Shown: positions 60,865 to 64,000 of the stretch, one piece after another
Layout: every line of letters starts with the position of its first letter
Numbering within the stretch: the first letter of the stretch is position 1
Origin: Clostridia bacterium
GTDB taxonomy: Bacteria; Bacillota; Clostridia; Oscillospirales; CAG-272
Assembly (NCBI GenBank): GCA_017465885.1
Contig: JAFTVG010000027.1
Coordinates: 52,799 to 116,798, forward strand
Direction: 5' to 3'
DNA length: 64,000 bases
Program-made: the position numbers and the translations under genes
Notes under the pieces: generated by a model
What the model was told of the DNA's origin: nothing
Databases searched by the model: none
What the model saw: the letters and a program-made list of their open reading frames with translations, nothing else

Positions 60865-63819
60865 TCAAGGGAGATCGGAGGGGGGAGTGCTTGGGCTTTC
60901 GGGCAAGACACCCTCTTCTTTTTTCTTGCCTCTGCCCCGTCTTCTCTTTTTCTTTGAGGGGGCGATGGGCTTTTCTTCTTGGGGCTCATCCTTTTGAGGG
61001 ATGGGCTCTGCGGCGGGCTCTTCTGTAGATGCCGCCAACGCTTTTTTTGCCTGCGCTCTCTTAACGAGAGGGCGGATCAGCAGATAGTCTGCTGCCACGA
61101 TCAGCAAAAAGACGCCCAGGCTGATGAGGCTGATGGCCGAGCCGTATAGATAGCAGTCGGGACGGTACTCAAAGGACAGGGTGTGCTCTCCCTTGGTCAG
61201 GCGCAAAACGGTAAGGGCGTCCTGATAGGGCTGCTGCTCGGTGCCTGCAGCCTCTCCCGTTTTCTCGTCGTAGACGGTGACGGTGGAAAGATAGGGGGTG
61301 ACCTCCTTGCCGTCCACCTTGATGATCCAGCCCGCATCGTAGGGGATGGAGGTGAAGAGCAGAGTGTTTTCTTCGCTGACGGTGATGCTGCCGGTCAGAT
61401 GGTCCTCTTTGTAGTCCCGGTCGATATGGAACTGACTGTCCTTCAACGATTCGTAGCAGCCCTTGAAGAGCTCCTCGTCAAGGGTGTAGAAATAGGTGCA
61501 GTCGGCGGCGACGTATGCCTTTTCCTGAAGCGGCACCAGCTTGATCTCGTGACTGCTTCCTGCCTTGAAATCGCCCAGCGGAATGATGCAGTCGCTGTCG
61601 TTGCCCATCGCCGTGCCCGATTCTACACCGTCAACGTAAAGGGTGCATTCTCTGGGGTAGTCGGTGGGGAAGAAGAGATAGCAGAGCCCGTCCTTGTCAG
61701 CGGTAAGTGTGTAGGTGATGGAGGCGTCGGTGCTCTCGGGATCGGTCTTTTTGTAGATATAGTGGCTTTTGCCCGTGGTATACGCCCGATCGATGCCCGA
61801 AAGGGCGGGATCTTCCGTTTCGATGGGCAGGAAGGGGCGAAGCTCGTCCTTTCCCGTCATGGCGGCGGTCAGATCGTTTAACAGCTCCATGGGGGAAGGA
61901 TAGTCGTCGAAATCCAACTCCAGCACGGCGTCGTTTACCGCAAATCCCAAGGAAAGGGCGTAGGGATTCAGATAGCCGTAGACCGCCTCCCCCTTCTCGT
62001 CGGTGTAGATGCGCTGATACAAGGCATCCGCCAGGGTGTTGTCCGAAAGAACGTATTTTACGCCAAGGAGCATATCGGTCACGGGGTTCCCGCCGCTATA
62101 TTGGCTCCAATAGCTTCCCCCCGCATATCCAAGCTGATCCACCAGCTTTAAGGTGTGGCGGTTTAAGGTGGAGGTGGTGGAGGAAAGACCGCGCATCTCC
62201 AAAGCGATGGCGTCGGCGGGCTGACGGTGGAAGTCCTTGTCCATTCTGTAAAAGGAGGAGTCCAGCTCTTGAATATACTCTACGGCAGGGCTGACCCGAT
62301 CCATAAAGTCGGCGTAGTCCTTGCGCAGGCTGTAGCCCACGTCGCAGGCAAGTCCCACGTGGGAAAGGACGCCCACAGCCACTGTTTCGCAAAGGATGGT
62401 CAGGGTCAGGGCAAGACTGCCCATCTTGCTTGCTTTTTGCTTTTTGTAGTAGAGTATCGCCAGAAAGACGGCGCCGATGATGATGGGGGCAAGGAAATAG
62501 AAGAGCAGGTCGTAGCTGTACGCCTTGGGGAAGATCTCCTCGGTATACTCGTAGCCCTTTCCATAGCCCTCCTGCTGGAGGATGACCAAAATGATGCCAA
62601 GCGCCCCCGGGACGACGGCAAGGAACTGGGAAGAAAGGTTTCGCAGTCTTTCAAATCCTCTGTAGCCGATAACCAGCAGGACAAAGGAGAACATAAAGCT
62701 GTAGCGGTAGTTGAGCCAGTTGGGCTCCTGTCCGCCGTGCCACCAGATGTCGATCAGCGATACGGAGAAGCAAAGGGTGAGGATGAGCAGGAGCAATCCT
62801 GCGGCAGCCTTTTCCTTGGTCTTGAATTTGGGGCTGACGGCAAATGCCGCTGCGCCGAAAAGAGTTGCCGTTCCGCAATAAAGGAAGGGAAGTCCCTCTC
62901 TTCTCACGGTATCCACCGCGCCGGGGAAAAGCTTGTAGAGCACGTCCAAGAAGGTCAGCTTGAAGGTGAATTCATAGGTGGGATCGGTGAAGGTATCCTT
63001 GCCGAAGGTCAGTGAATAGTATGCACAGAAGACGATGACTGCCGAAATGCCCACTGCCAGAATGGTGAAAAAGAGGTAGCGCAGACCCGAAAGGAGAAAG
63101 TGTGCGCGCTCACCGCGGGGATTGAAATCCGCTCTGTCCCTCATGGCAACATGGTGATAAAAGAAATAGAGCACCAGGAAGAGGCAGACCATATAGCCCA
63201 TATAGTAGTGGGAGAGAATGGTCAGGGCGAGGGCGAGGGTGTAAACGATATAATTGCGCCCCGAGATCAGCAGATCGGCGCCGTAGATGACCAGCGGGAA
63301 GAGGATGAGGGCGTCGAGCCACATCACGTTGTTGCCAAAGCTCAAGGACCAGGCGCAAAGGGCGTAGAGGGCGGAGAAGATCAGAACGTTTTGGCGGGTG
63401 GTCGGATAGGTCTTGTGCAAATACCAGCCCATAGACGCGCCCGCGCATCCGATCTTCAAAAGGATCATCACGTAAAGGGACTCGGTGATGATGGCTGAGG
63501 GCATCAGTGCGACCAGCCAGGAAAAGGGGCTGGCGAGGTAATAGGCATAGATGCCCATATATTCACCGCCCAGCGTTCTTGACCAGCTGTAAAGCAGACT
63601 TGCGTCTGCGTTGTAGATCACGTCGTGAAGCGACTCGAAGAAGTAGACGTACTGACCGTTTAAGTCGAGCACCAGCACCGAATTACCAAAAAAAGGCACG
63701 CCGATGCAAAAATAGATGATCGCCATCAATCCTGCCGAAAGCCCGAAGCAGGAGAGGATGAGCTTCAGGGTATGCAGACGGTCCCTTGAGGGAGTGCTTG
63801 GTAGAAGCTGATTATTCAT
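60865..63819 (-). CDS. YfhO-family polytopic membrane protein (glycosyl-transfer associated)
   Basis: 984 aa. ~13 TM followed by a large extracytoplasmic domain, a terminal TM and a basic tail. N-terminal LYSWSRTLGGEYMGIYAYYLASPFSWL is typical of YfhO. Confidence 0.8.
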   Translation of the reverse strand: MNNQLLPSTPSRDRLHTLKLILSCFGLSAGLMAIIYFCIGVPFFGNSVLVLDLNGQYVYFFESLHDVIYNADASLLYSWSRTLGGEYMGIYAYYLASPFSWLVALMPSAIITESLYVMILLKIGCAGASMGWYLHKTYPTTRQNVLIFSALYALCAWSLSFGNNVMWLDALILFPLVIYGADLLISGRNYIVYTLALALTILSHYYMGYMVCLFLVLYFFYHHVAMRDRADFNPRGERAHFLLSGLRYLFFTILAVGISAVIVFCAYYSLTFGKDTFTDPTYEFTFKLTFLDVLYKLFPGAVDTVRREGLPFLYCGTATLFGAAAFAVSPKFKTKEKAAAGLLLLILTLCFSVSLIDIWWHGGQEPNWLNYRYSFMFSFVLLVIGYRGFERLRNLSSQFLAVVPGALGIILVILQQEGYGKGYEYTEEIFPKAYSYDLLFYFLAPIIIGAVFLAILYYKKQKASKMGSLALTLTILCETVAVGVLSHVGLACDVGYSLRKDYADFMDRVSPAVEYIQELDSSFYRMDKDFHRQPADAIALEMRGLSSTTSTLNRHTLKLVDQLGYAGGSYWSQYSGGNPVTDMLLGVKYVLSDNTLADALYQRIYTDEKGEAVYGYLNPYALSLGFAVNDAVLELDFDDYPSPMELLNDLTAAMTGKDELRPFLPIETEDPALSGIDRAYTTGKSHYIYKKTDPESTDASITYTLTADKDGLCYLFFPTDYPRECTLYVDGVESGTAMGNDSDCIIPLGDFKAGSSHEIKLVPLQEKAYVAADCTYFYTLDEELFKGCYESLKDSQFHIDRDYKEDHLTGSITVSEENTLLFTSIPYDAGWIIKVDGKEVTPYLSTVTVYDEKTGEAAGTEQQPYQDALTVLRLTKGEHTLSFEYRPDCYLYGSAISLISLGVFLLIVAADYLLIRPLVKRAQAKKALAASTEEPAAEPIPQKDEPQEEKPIAPSKKKRRRGRGKKKEEGVLPESPSTPPSDLP

Positions 63820-64000
63820 GTTCTTTCTCCTCTTGCTTTTTCTGAATGACTGCCTTGATCCCCGCCTCCAGCTTGATGCGGGGCAGGGTCAGATCTCTGG
63901 AGCATCCCTTACAGCGGATACGCACGTCCGAGCCGGTGCGCAGAACCTCAAAAAGGTCGCAGGAGCAGGGGTGCTTTTTCTTCATTTTCAGGGTATCTCC
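63812..64000 (-). CDS. DUF951-like small zinc-ribbon protein (5' end beyond the window)
   Basis: The frame is open to the window edge: GDTLKMKKKHPCSCDLFEVLRTGSDVRIRCKGCSRDLTLPRIKLEAGIKAVIQ... This matches my recollection of the DUF951 pattern (GD..-.KK.HPC...-.R.G.D.RI.C..C). Its stop overlaps the yfhO-like ATG by 8 nt. Confidence 0.5.
   Translation of the reverse strand, partial: GDTLKMKKKHPCSCDLFEVLRTGSDVRIRCKGCSRDLTLPRIKLEAGIKAVIQKKQEEKEHE

Overview
The window comes from a high-GC chromosome with Firmicutes/Clostridia-type gene order. Hand counts on single 60-nt lines give about 55-58% GC in core genes. No rRNA genes or CRISPR arrays were seen.

Layout:
- 1-6.1 kb: the end of the spc/alpha ribosomal cluster (secY-adk-map-KOW-infA-rpmJ-rpsM-rpsK-rpsD-rpoA-rplQ).
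- 6.1-37.5 kb: housekeeping and accessory genes. These include an AlkD-like protein, a PstS-like binding protein, the DAK2/DegV pair, a MacB/FtsX-type ABC system, purA, and a MarR plus heterodimeric ABC exporter. They also include two tandem paralogous ABC-2 ATPase/permease pairs next to a MerR regulator, an ArsR-like regulator with a large GH127-like surface protein, a MutS-related ATPase, a 965-aa BspA-type LRR surface protein, and rpsF-ssb-rpsR.
- 37.7 kb onward: tRNA-Val(GAC) is followed by an apparent integration hot spot.
  - First, a 0.84-kb AT-rich single-gene cassette is bracketed by ~157-bp structured direct repeats.
  - Second, an ~18.2-kb integrative mobilizable element spans ~38.85-57.04 kb. 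It carries a large serine recombinase, relaxase, MobC and a RepA-like ATPase. It is bounded by a 14/15 inverted repeat and sits inside the loop of a terminator hairpin.
- 57-64 kb: core genes resume (XRE regulator, cardiolipin synthase, YfhO, DUF951-like).

The most interesting content is an AT-rich block of co-directional genes inside the element, at 49.4-56.8 kb. Its order is HTH, 2TM protein, MmeI-family type IIL enzyme, PD-(D/E)xK protein, two more 2TM proteins, and an FRG-domain protein. A macro-HTH protein follows. I read this as a candidate composite or undescribed defence system.

A second unexplained signal is a recurring DNA/RNA grammar: a short conserved motif (GTGATAT or GTATG) followed by hairpins that vary in sequence but keep their structure. 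It occurs at 35.9-36.3 kb, 37.8-38.8 kb and 42.3-42.4 kb. The last copy abuts a MOBQ-like candidate nic site.
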